This document shows, piece by piece, positions 63,655 to 64,000 of a stretch of 64,000 nucleotides of DNA. How positions within the stretch are numbered: position 1 is the stretch's first letter; each line of letters starts with the position of its first letter. Made by a program: the position numbers and the translations under genes. The notes under the pieces were generated by a model, which was not told where the DNA came from, searched no databases, and worked only from the letters and a program-made list of their open reading frames with translations. Source of the DNA: Hypanus sabinus. Taxonomy: Eukaryota. The stretch is taken from NCBI RefSeq assembly GCF_030144855.1, contig NC_082722.1:20646001-20710000 (forward strand), in the 5' to 3' direction.

Positions 63655-63920
63655 AGCTGGCGTGTGGCCAAGTCGCTAAGGCGTTCGACTGGAGATCTAA
63701 AGGTCGTTAGTTCGAGCTTCAACTGAGTCACCATGTTGTGTCCTTGAGCAAGGCACTTAACCACACATTGCTCTGCGACGGCACTGGTGCCAAGCTATAT
63801 CGGCCTAGGCACACCCCTATAGAGCATCCGTCGCGTGGAGAGGGGACTCTTAGAGCATGGGGAACTGCCGGTCTTCCATGCATCGATGGACAGCCGAAGC
63901 AGAAGAATACCCAGGTCATT
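63655..63920 (+). mobile_element. tRNA-derived SINE
   Basis: tggccaagtcgctaagg...gttcgag head followed by a gtgtccttgagcaaggcacttaacc core. Confidence 0.72.
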
Positions 63921-64000
63921 CAGACCCGTCAACTTGTAAATCTTCTCTGTACTCTTTCAAACGGATTTTACTATAGGCCGTTGACCAAAGCTGCACACAA

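Overview
Repeat-rich vertebrate genomic DNA. The repeat repertoire (CR1 LINEs with short tandem 3' tails, Penelope-like elements, Rex1/Babar, tRNA-derived SINEs) suggests a cartilaginous fish; this is inference. The non-TE backbone is an old tandem array of minus-strand Ig-superfamily receptor genes undergoing birth-and-death evolution. One copy has a clean leader exon (834-888) and a V exon with a germline-fused J-like G strand (325-630); its downstream exons lie beyond the left edge. A paralog at 49182-49729 is a multiply disabled pseudogene. Non-coding blocks at about 0.3-9.5 kb are collinear with about 49-62 kb, and a third partial copy lies at about 16-19.7 kb. By-eye alignment also suggests four decayed transmembrane/cytoplasmic exons (about 9.3, 15.9, 34.5, 61.8 kb) and three copies of a Cys-containing block that may be a decayed C-type Ig exon (about 16.9, 36.6, 62.8 kb). 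The V domain is unusually compact (C-x53-C) in the clean copy, and the W-to-Cys spacing is the same in the pseudogene. No RSS was found beside either V exon. All long ORFs other than the V exons are TE-derived. Four N-gaps are present. All alignments were done by eye, so TE boundaries are approximate.
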